64,000 nt of DNA from a virus. Below the pieces are notes generated by a model that was not told the origin of the DNA, ran no database searches, and saw only the letters and a list, made by a program, of their open reading frames with translations. Numbering within the stretch: position 1 is the first letter of the stretch; every line of letters starts with the position of its first letter. Positions 38,139 through 48,580 of the stretch are shown piece by piece. Position numbers and translations under genes: made by a program. The DNA lies in the IMG/VR virus record IMGVR_UViG_3300050030_000022, positions 9,182 through 73,181 of that record; one strand, 5' to 3'.

Positions 38139-38278
38139 TATAGTGCTATTTCTACATATTACCAACTTAATTATTTGTAGATTGGTTGTAAATAATAATT
38201 TAACAGTGCCGGAAAAGGAATTGAGATTAAGGGAAATTGTGAGACGGGATGAAAAACTACTTAAACCGAGATGATAAA

Positions 38279-38674
38279 ATGAAAACCTCAAAAGCTGACA
38301 AATATTTCTCTCTCTATATCCGTTTAAGGGATGTTGATGAAAACGGCCTTGCGAAGTGTTGTACCTGTGGAAAGATCGGGGATGTCAAATATATGGATTG
38401 CGGCCACTTTATTAAGCGTCAACACATGGCAACCCGGTTTGATGTGTATAATTGTGCAACTCAATGCAAAAAATGCAATGCTTTTGAGCAAGGACGGGAT
38501 GCTGATTTTGAGAAATATATTCTGAATCGCTGGGGAGAAATGAACTTAAATCATTTGAAAGTCCAAAAGCATATTACACGAAAATATGGCAAATTCGAGT
38601 TAGAAAACTTAGCAATCTATTTCAAACAAAAGGCCGAACAACTGGCAAAAGAAAAGAATTTAAAGCTGTGGTGA
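38279..38674 (+). CDS. ninG: NinG/Rap recombination endonuclease
   Basis: FSLYIRLRD, CCTCG, DCGHF, N...QCKKCN. Confidence 0.85.
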   Translation: MKTSKADKYFSLYIRLRDVDENGLAKCCTCGKIGDVKYMDCGHFIKRQHMATRFDVYNCATQCKKCNAFEQGRDADFEKYILNRWGEMNLNHLKVQKHITRKYGKFELENLAIYFKQKAEQLAKEKNLKLW

Positions 38675-38675
38675 T

Positions 38676-39317
38676 ATGAAAGAGCATCCAATATTATTCA
38701 GTCCCCCAATGGTACAGGCAATCCTGGCCGGGCGGAAAACAATGACAAGGAGGATTATTAAACCGCAACCACCTGATGACATCTTTGAAACAGGATTATA
38801 CTGTCCAACAATGGTAGACCGGCACGGGGAAGAATATCCAGGATCAGAAAGATATGGCATTTCAAATGAGGCGTGGAGTATTAAATTTCCTTACGGTCAA
38901 CCCGGTGATAAACTTTGGGTACGGGAAACATTTCAGATAGTTCCGCCAAATTTTATTTTTTACAAAGCAGACCCGGAGAATAAAGCTAAAACGGGATGGA
39001 AACCCTCAATCTTCATGCCCCGATCCGCTTCCCGGATTGACTTAGTTATTAAGTCGGTCAGGGTGGAAAGGCTAAATGATATATCTAATACTGATGCCCT
39101 TAATGAAGGAATTGAAAGAAAGATAAAGTTTCCAGATGAGGAACCCGATACTTTGTTTTATCGGGATTATTCTTTTAAAAGGGAAAGATTTGCAAGAGGG
39201 ATTTTATTCGGGCCAAAAGAATCATTTAAAACTCTTTGGGAATCCATCAACGGCAAAGAATCCTGGCAATCGAATCCTTGGGCATGGTGCATAATTTTTG
39301 AAAGGATATACGGATGA
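38676..39317 (+). CDS. ASCH/PUA-like phage protein
   Basis: PILFS.PMVQAILAGRKTMTRR, LWVRET, WKPSIFMPR, NPW. Confidence 0.8.
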   Translation: MKEHPILFSPPMVQAILAGRKTMTRRIIKPQPPDDIFETGLYCPTMVDRHGEEYPGSERYGISNEAWSIKFPYGQPGDKLWVRETFQIVPPNFIFYKADPENKAKTGWKPSIFMPRSASRIDLVIKSVRVERLNDISNTDALNEGIERKIKFPDEEPDTLFYRDYSFKRERFARGILFGPKESFKTLWESINGKESWQSNPWAWCIIFERIYG

Positions 39318-39565
39318 AACCAAACACAAAGAACTATCTAATCTTCTGGCTTGCCGTGGTGATCACGTCTATTTTTATGGCGGTTGCCTGCCAGAAACCC
39401 GACCAACCGGAATATTGTTTCGAGTGCCACAGCCCTCAAATGACAAAACTCGTCCAGTGCGGGATAAGCGAAACCGATATGCAGACCGTAATCGACAAGC
39501 GCATTGAATTATTTGGAGATACCATGAAGTGCGAAAAGAAATTTAATTTAAATATTGAGCCATGA
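39314..39565 (+). CDS. Small Cys-rich lipoprotein
   Basis: ...FMAVA-CQK lipobox, CxxC. Confidence 0.65.
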   Translation: MKPNTKNYLIFWLAVVITSIFMAVACQKPDQPEYCFECHSPQMTKLVQCGISETDMQTVIDKRIELFGDTMKCEKKFNLNIEP

Positions 39566-40271
39566 AAGAACTAATCTTATGCGATGTGCCGGATGGGTAC
39601 CATTTGATTGATGGGTGCATTATTGCCGTCCCCACTGATTCAGATGAAACAGAAAAGTCCTGTGAGTTCACCGAAATCACCCTGCCGAGTGAGGACAAGA
39701 TTGATGACAAAATACAAGACATCGGCAAAGGATTAGGAATTGAGGGTATGGCAGGGGCAAGGTTAATGATTGAATGGTATTGTGAAAACTTAAATAAAAT
39801 AAATCCATGAAAACTACAGAAATATATTTACTTATGTGTGTCAGCTTTATTGCCGGTATCTGCATTGCTTTAGCGGTGTCAGCATTGATATATAATATTT
39901 ATGATGATATTCGAACGAAAAGAGAAATTCAGTATATGAACGAAGAAATCCGATTTTTAAAATGGCATAATTCCGTTAGTTTAAGGATTTCCAGAAAAAA
40001 CGCCATGCAAAAATCAGGATGCAGAAACTTTCCAGAAGAATAAACCGTAAAGTTGCATAATATGTACCTCTTAACAGATAAAAAGACACATCCCTACCTA
40101 TTGGAAGATACCGATTTTACTGAACCAGAGGTAAAGTGTGAAATTTGTGAGTTACCAGCAACTGAAAGAGTGGATTTAGACCCTGCAAATCCTGGGATAT
40201 ATCTGATTGATCTTTGCAAGGGTTGCGCTATGTTTGAGAAAGTAAGAATTAATAAAGAAATAAGATCATGA
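39562..40271 (+). CDS. Three small hypothetical ORFs (39562-39810, 39807-40043, 40053-40271)
   Basis: Coupled ORFs; one with a TM segment, one with two CxxC motifs. Confidence 0.5.
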
Positions 40272-40831
40272 AAACCTACACAAAAGAAGAATTAACGGAA
40301 ATCCTTAAACTACACGGATTATGGATACATAATGAAGGCGGAAGCCGTGCGAACTTGTCCGGTGCGGACTTGTCCGGTGCGGACTTGTTCGGTGCGAACT
40401 TGTCCGGTGCGGACTTGTTCGGTGCGAACTTGTCCGGTGCGAACTTGTCCGGTGCGGACTTGTCCGGTGCGAACTTGTCCGGTGCGTACTTGTCCGGTGC
40501 GGACTTGTTCGGTGCGAACTTGTCCCGTGCGTACTTGTCCGGTGCGAACTTGTCCGGTGCGTACTTAAATTTAACAAAAATATCCGATACGGAATATTTA
40601 GTCAAAACGTTTTTCATTAATGGTACACGGCATTCAGTATGTTGGTGGGGATTAAATCAAATCCAAATCGGATGCCATAAAAAAGACATTCCTTGGTGGA
40701 AAGCAAATTACAAGATGATCGGCAAACGGGAAGGTTACACACCGGAACAAGTCAAAGAATACTATCAATATATCCTGATGTGTGAGAAAATGCAGAAATC
40801 AGTTGACCCTATAAACAAGGTGAAATCATGA
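40268..40831 (+). CDS. Pentapeptide repeat protein
   Basis: 14 A(N/D/Y)L(S/F)G repeats; C-terminal IQIGC domain. Confidence 0.9.
   Translation: MKTYTKEELTEILKLHGLWIHNEGGSRANLSGADLSGADLFGANLSGADLFGANLSGANLSGADLSGANLSGAYLSGADLFGANLSRAYLSGANLSGAYLNLTKISDTEYLVKTFFINGTRHSVCWWGLNQIQIGCHKKDIPWWKANYKMIGKREGYTPEQVKEYYQYILMCEKMQKSVDPINKVKS
40349..40566 (+). repeat. 15-bp tandem repeat (about 14.5 copies) encoding pentapeptides
   Basis: GCG(A/G/T)ACTTGT(C/T)CGGT units. Confidence 0.95.
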
Positions 40832-42817
40832 TCTTACAAAAATTAGCACAAGCACGTTCCATTATTAAAGCGATGGATTTATACCGCTCCCAGCCCGCCA
40901 CGGATGAAAACCATCCTGTTGCTGACATGAAAGTCATTAATGACTATGTAAATAAGTCCGTCCCGGATGCGGGGGTGTGCGAGTGGAAAAAGATAGAGTC
41001 CATGCTTATTACATTTCATGCGGAATGTAGAGATAGGCAAACTACTGATGTCAATATCGAATACAAATTTTGCCCCTTTTGCGGCAAACTCATCAAACGT
41101 AACCAATAGAAAGGAATAACATGAAAGACCTGATAAACAAATTCAAAACGTTGAAAAGTGCCATTCCGCAGTCACCAACGGAAATAGAGGTAAATAAGGC
41201 TATCGACCAGTGTATTGACATTGTGGAATCTTTGCCTATAATCCACGCTAAGGCACTCCGTAAACGGGGGACGGATGAATGGTATTACTATTCAACCTTT
41301 AATCAGGGGTGGTTTGCTAATAAAAAAAGTCTATTCAGATCAATGGAAACTTATAGTGGTATAGCAAATTTACCTCCCGATGCCGAAGAAGTCGAACTGT
41401 TAATCATCGAAAAACCTAAAACTTAAATAAAATGCCTAAAGGATATTGCCCTGTTTGTGGAAGTAAAATATGTCCACTTAGAATGAAAGACTTTTTAACC
41501 AAGAAAAAAAAACCAGAAAAACCAAAGGAGGGGTAAATGCTAAATTCAAATAGAAAAGGGTACGCTGTTATGACAGAGGATTTGCAGGCATATTCACTCG
41601 AAGATGAAAGTTTAGGAGTTTGTAAAAAATATTGTTACGAAGGTTATGTCGTCTGTGAACGTATTCCCGTTAAGGTTGGTTTTTCTATTAGAATTTACTG
41701 GTGCAAATTCTGGAAACCTATCTATTTCAAATATGCGCCTCATAACTTATTATGGCTGCATTTCCAAATAGAACCTATTTATCTTCATAAAACAGGAAAA
41801 ATTATATTTAAACCAAAGGAGGGGATATGACAAGTAAAGAAAAAAAAGAAATCGCACTTGATTTGTCAAAAGTAATGGAAACCGTATTGAGTGAATATGC
41901 ATACCCGGTGGATATTGCTAATGCTTCGATAGAATTTTACGTTAAACTATTCAACAAATTTCCTGATTTAAAACCTATTGTTGAGGAATGGCTCGGTAAA
42001 TCATATCATAAAGAATGGTTACAATGGGAAGAATCAATTAAACCAAAGGACAAATGAAGACAGAAGAATTGAAACAGGAATTTAAAAACTATTGGTTCCG
42101 CCTTGCTGATGCACGCCTTGATGAATATGGATATGCAGATTTTATAAAAGATGATGACGCTGAGATAAAATTTGATGCTGATCTCAAATCCCTTATCACC
42201 GCCGCCATCGCCGAACACGAAGCGAAACTATTAATCGCTACCACGGCACTTGACCATATAGCACATACGATTGATTATTTGCGTAAAGAAGCAGAAAAGG
42301 AAGGTGGACGACTTAACAGAATGGTTGCCTTAGAACTATCCCAAAATGCAAATTATTTAAAGGAAATGGCCGAAAGGGCATTATGTGAACTTCCCAAACC
42401 CTACCAACCGAAAAAGGAGGAAGGGAAATGAGAACATTAACTGAAGAACGTGAATTAGGATATTATTGGGTCGAATGGGAAACTAAGGACAACTGGTTGA
42501 TATTTTGGTTTAATGGTGGGAGTTGGCAATGTGTTGCTATGGGAAATATTGACCTAAACGATAATAATATTTTATCTGTCGATGAAAGTAAACCCAAGCA
42601 CAGAAAACTCAGCGAAGGCACTCTATGTAAAGCAGTCCAGAACCCCACATCAAAGCAATACTATGAGTATGTCGCTATCGGTATGGGGGAATCTTTCTGG
42701 TTTAAAGTTGATTTACCCGGTCTCCTGACTGACAAGGATTTGGAAGACTTAAAGGGCATTAAACTACCTGAAGGTGCGAAGGTTGTTGAATTAATAATCA
42801 TGCCAAAAGAGAAATAA
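40828..42817 (+). CDS. Run of small hypothetical phage ORFs (40828-41109, 41121-41426, 41537-41830, 41827-42057, 42054-42431, 42428-42817)
   Basis: Tightly coupled ORFs; first has FCPFCG Zn ribbon. Confidence 0.55.
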
Positions 42818-42860
42818 ATTAATCAAATCTTACCAAAAAGTTGGCAAAAAGAGCATACGC

Positions 42861-42893
42861 TTGTTTAAACCTGTGCATTTTCACTTATATTTG
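42861..42893 (+). promoter_or_regulatory. Class A promoter TTG-N9-GTGCA-N8-TATATTTG for tail module
   Basis: Intergenic upstream of nozzle gene. Confidence 0.65.
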
Positions 42894-42910
42894 TTGCCAA
42901 TTATTCTAAC

Positions 42911-45900
42911 ATGACTAACGAGGGTCTTCTTCCGCAAAATCAAAAACTTACCATCATCCCAACGGGGATAAAACGCCATCAGCACGATCTGAATTGTGAA
43001 GATGCGGGATGTGAGGAAGTTGTGAACCTGCGTTTTAAGAACGGCAGTTGGCGCACGGTGGGTGAAAAAACCGCTGTATGGTCATGGGATCACGGGTGTG
43101 CTTTACTTTATTACCATGCTTACATCAATGAAAAGAATGGTACGGATTACTATGTGGGTGTGGCTTATGAGGGGTTGGGCTTACCTAATCTTTATTTAGT
43201 TAAGCCAACAGCCCAAACCAAAACCTCCATCAAGGGCATTTCCACCGATCCAAGTGAAACCGTATTATCCGTTACCAGTCTAAACTCGATCCTAATTGTC
43301 ACCACTGCGGATAAAGAACTGATATTTAATTGGGACAATGACACCTCGGCTTATGTGGAACTCTCAAAAGACATTTGCCCGGACATTTCATTTCAGTACC
43401 AGGTCAGCCCTGATGCTACCGACTGGATTATTATTACCGGCGGAGATTATAAGGAGTTTGACACTCAAGCTGAATTGTTCGACCAAATCCTGATTGAAAA
43501 GTATAAGAAACGCCAAAAGGGTTTATTCTCTCACTGTTGGATCATGATTCAGTGGGCTTTTCGGTTATGGGACGGCTCTTACATACGACATTCCCAACCA
43601 TTTTTACTCAAATTAAGCAACGGAACTCCGGACTATTGGCAGACCTTAGTGGAGGCCGCAAAATACCATACGATACTTGAAACGGGGATTCCAAAGTTTT
43701 ACATCAATATGCCCACGGCGGTACGTGCCAATTTAGAGCATTACAAGGGGCTTATTTCAGACCTGTGTGTATTTATGTCACAGGACGTGTCCCAATACCT
43801 GTGTGAGTACAACGGTTCACCGTACACCACGGATGGAGTTGGACACCGTTACGCTTTCTCAGACAACACCGACTCCCTGCACCAACTTGTTAATCTTTAT
43901 CCGTATTACCTTGCCAAAGAGGTAAAGTATTCCGAATTAATGGAATCGGATAACACCACTAAGTTTGAGATTAATCTGAATGAAGTTATTAATAAACTGA
44001 ATTTCTCAGGGGATGGCGGTGAAAATATCGACACGGTAGAAAAAATACCCGTCAGGCACAATACTTATTCATTTAAGAGATTGGGCGGTGGTAATTGGCT
44101 GAATCTGCTATATGGTGGTTTTGGTGCTTTAACTAAAAATGGAAATTGGAATAAAGTATGGTACACCCAAGACGATGCTGAACAAACCGTTGAGGCTACC
44201 GATGAGGCCGGGTCGTTCATTTTGCAATCACAACCCGAACTACCCGTTGACGACTTTTCCAATCACACCCTTATAGGTAACGCCACCCCGTATATTTACA
44301 ATGCCAAATTACATAAGGGCAATATCAACGTCAGGTTTGGTAACGCACCCCAATTCTCCGAATGGAATGCCTTTACAGGTTATACTTTGATGCCTGCCGG
44401 AGATATGCCAGGTATATGGACTTTTTACCGGGAGGTCAAGATAGTGACCGATTTGGGCGACCGCTATGTTAGGGAAGTCTTTACTCCCTATCTCCAGGTA
44501 AATATATCGAGCGATATGTTGCGCATACCCCCGATTGTGTCCTATCCTGACGCAAGGGCTACGCGAATAAGAATTATCATCAAGAAAACCGGGGATGCTA
44601 ATTATTACGAAATGGCATCCTTTGAACTTAAATCCCACAAGATTTACAATTACGCTTACTGCATAACCAACGAAACCACGACTGGCGCAGACCCGGAATA
44701 CCTGCTTTTTGATTTTACAAATATCGTTTTTACCAATAATTTCCCCGCCTCTTTCCCGAATGTCTGCGGGGTAAACGGTATAGACGCAATGGCAACCGAT
44801 GATCGTTACTACTTGGATAAAAACCGGGTGCAGGTGTCAAGGATTAACAACGCTCTATATTACCCCTCGATGTATTCCTACCAGTTTGGAAACTCTGAAA
44901 CCGTTATTTTGGCTTTCGGGAGCCAGTCTGCCCCCATATCCCCAGGACAGTTCGGGCAGTTCCCGCTAAGTGTTTTCACTTCTCAAGGTATATTTTTAAT
45001 GCAGCAGGGCGGCGGGGATGTTATCTACTCAGCTATTGTTCCCTTAAACAACGAAGTTGCGTTTAAAAACTCCATCTGTGAATTAGGCGGGGCAATAGTA
45101 TACGCCAGCCGGGATGGATTAAAGATACTTTCAGGCAACCGGCTGCAACACATCTCCCGTGAAGTGGAGGGCGTACCTTCGGATAAATTAATCAATGATA
45201 GTTACTATATTAACTTCATAACCAACGCGGACGGTCATTTGGTCAATCTGTACCAATACCTGAGCGAAGAAGATTTTCTAACCTATCTGGATGAGAACGT
45301 CAGGGTGTGTTATGACAAAATGAATAAAGAACTCATTATCTCTAACCGGGATTTATTTACCGATCAGGGGAGGAATAGTTCTTCGGGGTATTCTTACGTT
45401 TACAATTTACCTTACAAGACCTGGCACAAGATCACCGACACCTGGCATCAGTTTATCTTAGTAAATAGCCGTTGGGTGGGGTTAAAGAATTACCGGGCGG
45501 GGTACACCACGGGATTGGGCGCACAATATATGGACGGCGAAACCTCTGTTTTACAAGACTGCATGATTCAATCCAGACCTATGAAGTGGGGCAGTTATGA
45601 GTTTAAAAAAATGCGCACGATTGTTCAGCGATCCCTTTGTTGTGTTGGTGATATACTGGATTCCCCACAAGATGCCGATGATAAATTTGGGATGTATATG
45701 TTCGCCAGTTTGGAAAATAACATCTGGAAATTTGTCAAAGGCATTAAAGTATCTCAGACTTTTGGCATGATACAGCACCCCACTTTGGGAAGTAATGAAG
45801 CCTCCGTGCGCCAGATCGTTTTACTGACGGCTGTAAAGAGCAAGGATATGGTGTTTTCCCATTGGGAAATCCTGCGGGGGCTTACCAACCCTGATAAGTT

Positions 45901-46006
45901 GGGAACCGAAGCTCGCCATGATACCGAAAACCTTTTAGGGGAATACGATGCCCAGCAGTACGGCGAAAGTTATGATATTGGAATTTCAACAGAAAATCTA
46001 CCATGA
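42911..46006 (+). CDS. Tail nozzle / stabilisation protein (P22 gp10 or tail tubular B-like)
   Basis: SYPDARA, ISPGQFGQFPL.VF...GI, SRPMKW motifs recalled from Bacteroidota podovirus tail proteins. Confidence 0.7.
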   Translation: MTNEGLLPQNQKLTIIPTGIKRHQHDLNCEDAGCEEVVNLRFKNGSWRTVGEKTAVWSWDHGCALLYYHAYINEKNGTDYYVGVAYEGLGLPNLYLVKPTAQTKTSIKGISTDPSETVLSVTSLNSILIVTTADKELIFNWDNDTSAYVELSKDICPDISFQYQVSPDATDWIIITGGDYKEFDTQAELFDQILIEKYKKRQKGLFSHCWIMIQWAFRLWDGSYIRHSQPFLLKLSNGTPDYWQTLVEAAKYHTILETGIPKFYINMPTAVRANLEHYKGLISDLCVFMSQDVSQYLCEYNGSPYTTDGVGHRYAFSDNTDSLHQLVNLYPYYLAKEVKYSELMESDNTTKFEINLNEVINKLNFSGDGGENIDTVEKIPVRHNTYSFKRLGGGNWLNLLYGGFGALTKNGNWNKVWYTQDDAEQTVEATDEAGSFILQSQPELPVDDFSNHTLIGNATPYIYNAKLHKGNINVRFGNAPQFSEWNAFTGYTLMPAGDMPGIWTFYREVKIVTDLGDRYVREVFTPYLQVNISSDMLRIPPIVSYPDARATRIRIIIKKTGDANYYEMASFELKSHKIYNYAYCITNETTTGADPEYLLFDFTNIVFTNNFPASFPNVCGVNGIDAMATDDRYYLDKNRVQVSRINNALYYPSMYSYQFGNSETVILAFGSQSAPISPGQFGQFPLSVFTSQGIFLMQQGGGDVIYSAIVPLNNEVAFKNSICELGGAIVYASRDGLKILSGNRLQHISREVEGVPSDKLINDSYYINFITNADGHLVNLYQYLSEEDFLTYLDENVRVCYDKMNKELIISNRDLFTDQGRNSSSGYSYVYNLPYKTWHKITDTWHQFILVNSRWVGLKNYRAGYTTGLGAQYMDGETSVLQDCMIQSRPMKWGSYEFKKMRTIVQRSLCCVGDILDSPQDADDKFGMYMFASLENNIWKFVKGIKVSQTFGMIQHPTLGSNEASVRQIVLLTAVKSKDMVFSHWEILRGLTNPDKLGTEARHDTENLLGEYDAQQYGESYDIGISTENLP

Positions 46007-48579
46007 AAAAACTATTATTGTTTTGTTTTATAGCATTAATTAGTTGTTCGGTTTTTGCTCAGGTCAAGTCAGATGCGGACATGAACACCTATAACAATAC
46101 TTATATCAAACCCAACAATACAGGCGCGATAAAGGCGACTATGCACAACACCCTGAATAAGTATATCATCAACTCCAAAATCAACCGGGACTCGATTGGT
46201 AATGTGCAGGTATTGGGTGATACGGCTTTGGTGGTCATTTATAAGAATAACCCGCCTGATACGGTACAAATAGTTAATGCCTCCACAAGCGGATGGGCGA
46301 CTTCTGGAGATTACGTTTATTTAATCAATGTCGGCGATAGTGTAGGGATTGGAACAGCCTCTCCGGGTTATAAATTATTTGTCAACGGTGGTTTTGGCGG
46401 GTCAACTTATATGGTTTTACAACCTACTGCAAAATCAGGGGCACGTGACGGGCAGATTTATAATGATGTAGATAATCATTTATATTATTATAATGGATTG
46501 GCGTGGAAACAACTGGACAACGCTTCAGGGGAGGTGGACATCTCAGGTGATACGTTATTTGTCAACGGCGATACGATAATCGTAAGCCCAAACTACTGGG
46601 CTAAGGACATAGCCGGCAATATTACCAATAACAATACCGGAGATGTACGGATAGCTAACGACATCCAATTTGTCGCCGGTCAAACGCACGCTATCGGGAT
46701 TACAAATAACACACCTTATCCCGGCAATCACCTGTTAATCCAGTCTGGTATAGGGACGATAACAGGAACTTCCATTGCGGGAAACATCTACATAACGCCT
46801 CCTTTAGCGGACACGCCCGGCAATGTTATTCTAAACGTGGACACAGCCGGAAACAAAAATGGATTCACCGGGATTGGCGTGGCAGTGCCGCAGCAAATGT
46901 TAGACGTTGGCGGACAGATCAAGGTTCATTCGTTGGACACCTTAATCGGGAAGCATCTTATTTTGGTATTTGACGAAACGGATAGCACTCTGGCAGTGAT
47001 TCCATTTGATTCTGTGGGGGGTGGGGGTGCTTCCCTGTGGTATCTCTCCGGTGATACCGCTAATACTGTTTATAACGTGAAGTTGGATTCTAATTTATTC
47101 CTGAATAAAAACCTTAATCTTGTCACAACAACCGCAACAGACGGGCAGATAAAGCAAAATGGAACGACAGTATTTCATACTTATCACGAAAAGGGGGACA
47201 ATAACTTATTTATCGGACAGGGTGCGGGAAATTTTACAGCTGATTCAAGTGGTAATATAGGAATAGGTGCAAGTGTATTAGATGCTTTAACTATAGGATA
47301 TAGAAATGTTGCAGTTGGTTATAAGGCACTTGATAAATGTTATAAAGGTTTTGAAAATGTAGCAATAGGGTTTGAATCATTGTATAATGATACAAGTGGT
47401 ACTAAAAACACAGCAATAGGTGCATATGCACTTGCTGGAAATTTAAAAGGAAGTACTAATACGGCTATTGGAAGTGCAGCATTATATTTAAATTCTATTG
47501 GTATTAGTAATACCGCATTAGGTTTTGCGACTTTGTATAATAATGCAGGAGGTTATAATTCTGTAGCACTTGGATATATGGCTATGTATAATGCATATAA
47601 TGGAACAAGCCTTCGTGGTACTTATAATACCGCTATTGGCTATGAAGCCATGAAAGGTAGTGCAATCCCTGCAAACAATACTGGTCAATATAATACAGCT
47701 ATTGGCTATCAGGCATTAGATGCAATGACATCAGGCGAAAAAAATACCGCCATTGGTGTAGATGCATTGGGCGCAAATACAACCGGCTCCAATAATATCG
47801 GCATAGGTTACAACGCAGGCAATACAGCAGCTTATGCAACCCTTTCTAATCGCATCTACATTGGAACCGGTGACACTGCGACCGCACCGATTTATGTGAA
47901 TGCGGGTATCGGTAAGACAACCATCAACGGCGACCTTCATGTCACCGGCAACCTGACAGTAGACGGCACCTCTCCCGGCGGTGCTGAAAGTGATCCCGTC
48001 TGGATAGCAGATAGTTCGGCTTTTCTTAGAACGATTGACACCAATACTTATGTCGCTTCGCACAAATGGGTAACGGATAAAGGGTATTTAACCGCTTTAC
48101 CGGCTTCCGCTTTGGAATGGTCGGACACCACAGCAAGTGCAGGGGTAGGGGTAGGCACCTTTGACGACATAAGAGATACGGCAGCCGCTATCCGGGCAGA
48201 CTTCCCCGCTCCCGGTGGGGGTGTACCGCCTGTAATCATTTCCTGGGACGGTCAGGGTGGTGTTGTTGGAACCGGAAATACAGTTTACCGGACAATGGCT
48301 TATGCCGGGACGATAACGGGCTGGTCAATCACAGCAACGGGGACTTCGCCGACTTGTACGATTGACATTTGGCGGGTGGCAACGGGTGGAACGACTTTGC
48401 CGGCGGTCGGTAATACAATCATGGGGACAAAGCCGGCTCTATCTACCGGGAATATCATACGAAGCACCACTTTAACGGCGTGGAACCCTGTGGCTTTTTC
48501 AGCCGGGGACACTTTCGGGTTTAATATAGGCGCCTGTGCGGCTGCTTTAAAAATAACATTTTCTTTAACGATACAATAA
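46003..48579 (+). CDS. Tail fibre with Sec signal peptide, YadA-like NTAIG repeats and C-terminal jelly-roll-like domain
   Basis: MKKLLLFCFIALISCSVFA-Q; VGIGT.SP; repeated N(T/V)A(I/L/V)G; follows nozzle gene with ATGA overlap. Confidence 0.75.
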   Translation: MKKLLLFCFIALISCSVFAQVKSDADMNTYNNTYIKPNNTGAIKATMHNTLNKYIINSKINRDSIGNVQVLGDTALVVIYKNNPPDTVQIVNASTSGWATSGDYVYLINVGDSVGIGTASPGYKLFVNGGFGGSTYMVLQPTAKSGARDGQIYNDVDNHLYYYNGLAWKQLDNASGEVDISGDTLFVNGDTIIVSPNYWAKDIAGNITNNNTGDVRIANDIQFVAGQTHAIGITNNTPYPGNHLLIQSGIGTITGTSIAGNIYITPPLADTPGNVILNVDTAGNKNGFTGIGVAVPQQMLDVGGQIKVHSLDTLIGKHLILVFDETDSTLAVIPFDSVGGGGASLWYLSGDTANTVYNVKLDSNLFLNKNLNLVTTTATDGQIKQNGTTVFHTYHEKGDNNLFIGQGAGNFTADSSGNIGIGASVLDALTIGYRNVAVGYKALDKCYKGFENVAIGFESLYNDTSGTKNTAIGAYALAGNLKGSTNTAIGSAALYLNSIGISNTALGFATLYNNAGGYNSVALGYMAMYNAYNGTSLRGTYNTAIGYEAMKGSAIPANNTGQYNTAIGYQALDAMTSGEKNTAIGVDALGANTTGSNNIGIGYNAGNTAAYATLSNRIYIGTGDTATAPIYVNAGIGKTTINGDLHVTGNLTVDGTSPGGAESDPVWIADSSAFLRTIDTNTYVASHKWVTDKGYLTALPASALEWSDTTASAGVGVGTFDDIRDTAAAIRADFPAPGGGVPPVIISWDGQGGVVGTGNTVYRTMAYAGTITGWSITATGTSPTCTIDIWRVATGGTTLPAVGNTIMGTKPALSTGNIIRSTTLTAWNPVAFSAGDTFGFNIGACAAALKITFSLTIQ

Positions 48580-48580
48580 C

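Noticed and set aside
40276-40617. Alternative-frame and antisense ORFs over the pentapeptide repeat (also 54934-55562)
   Set aside because: Shadows of stop-free tandem repeats
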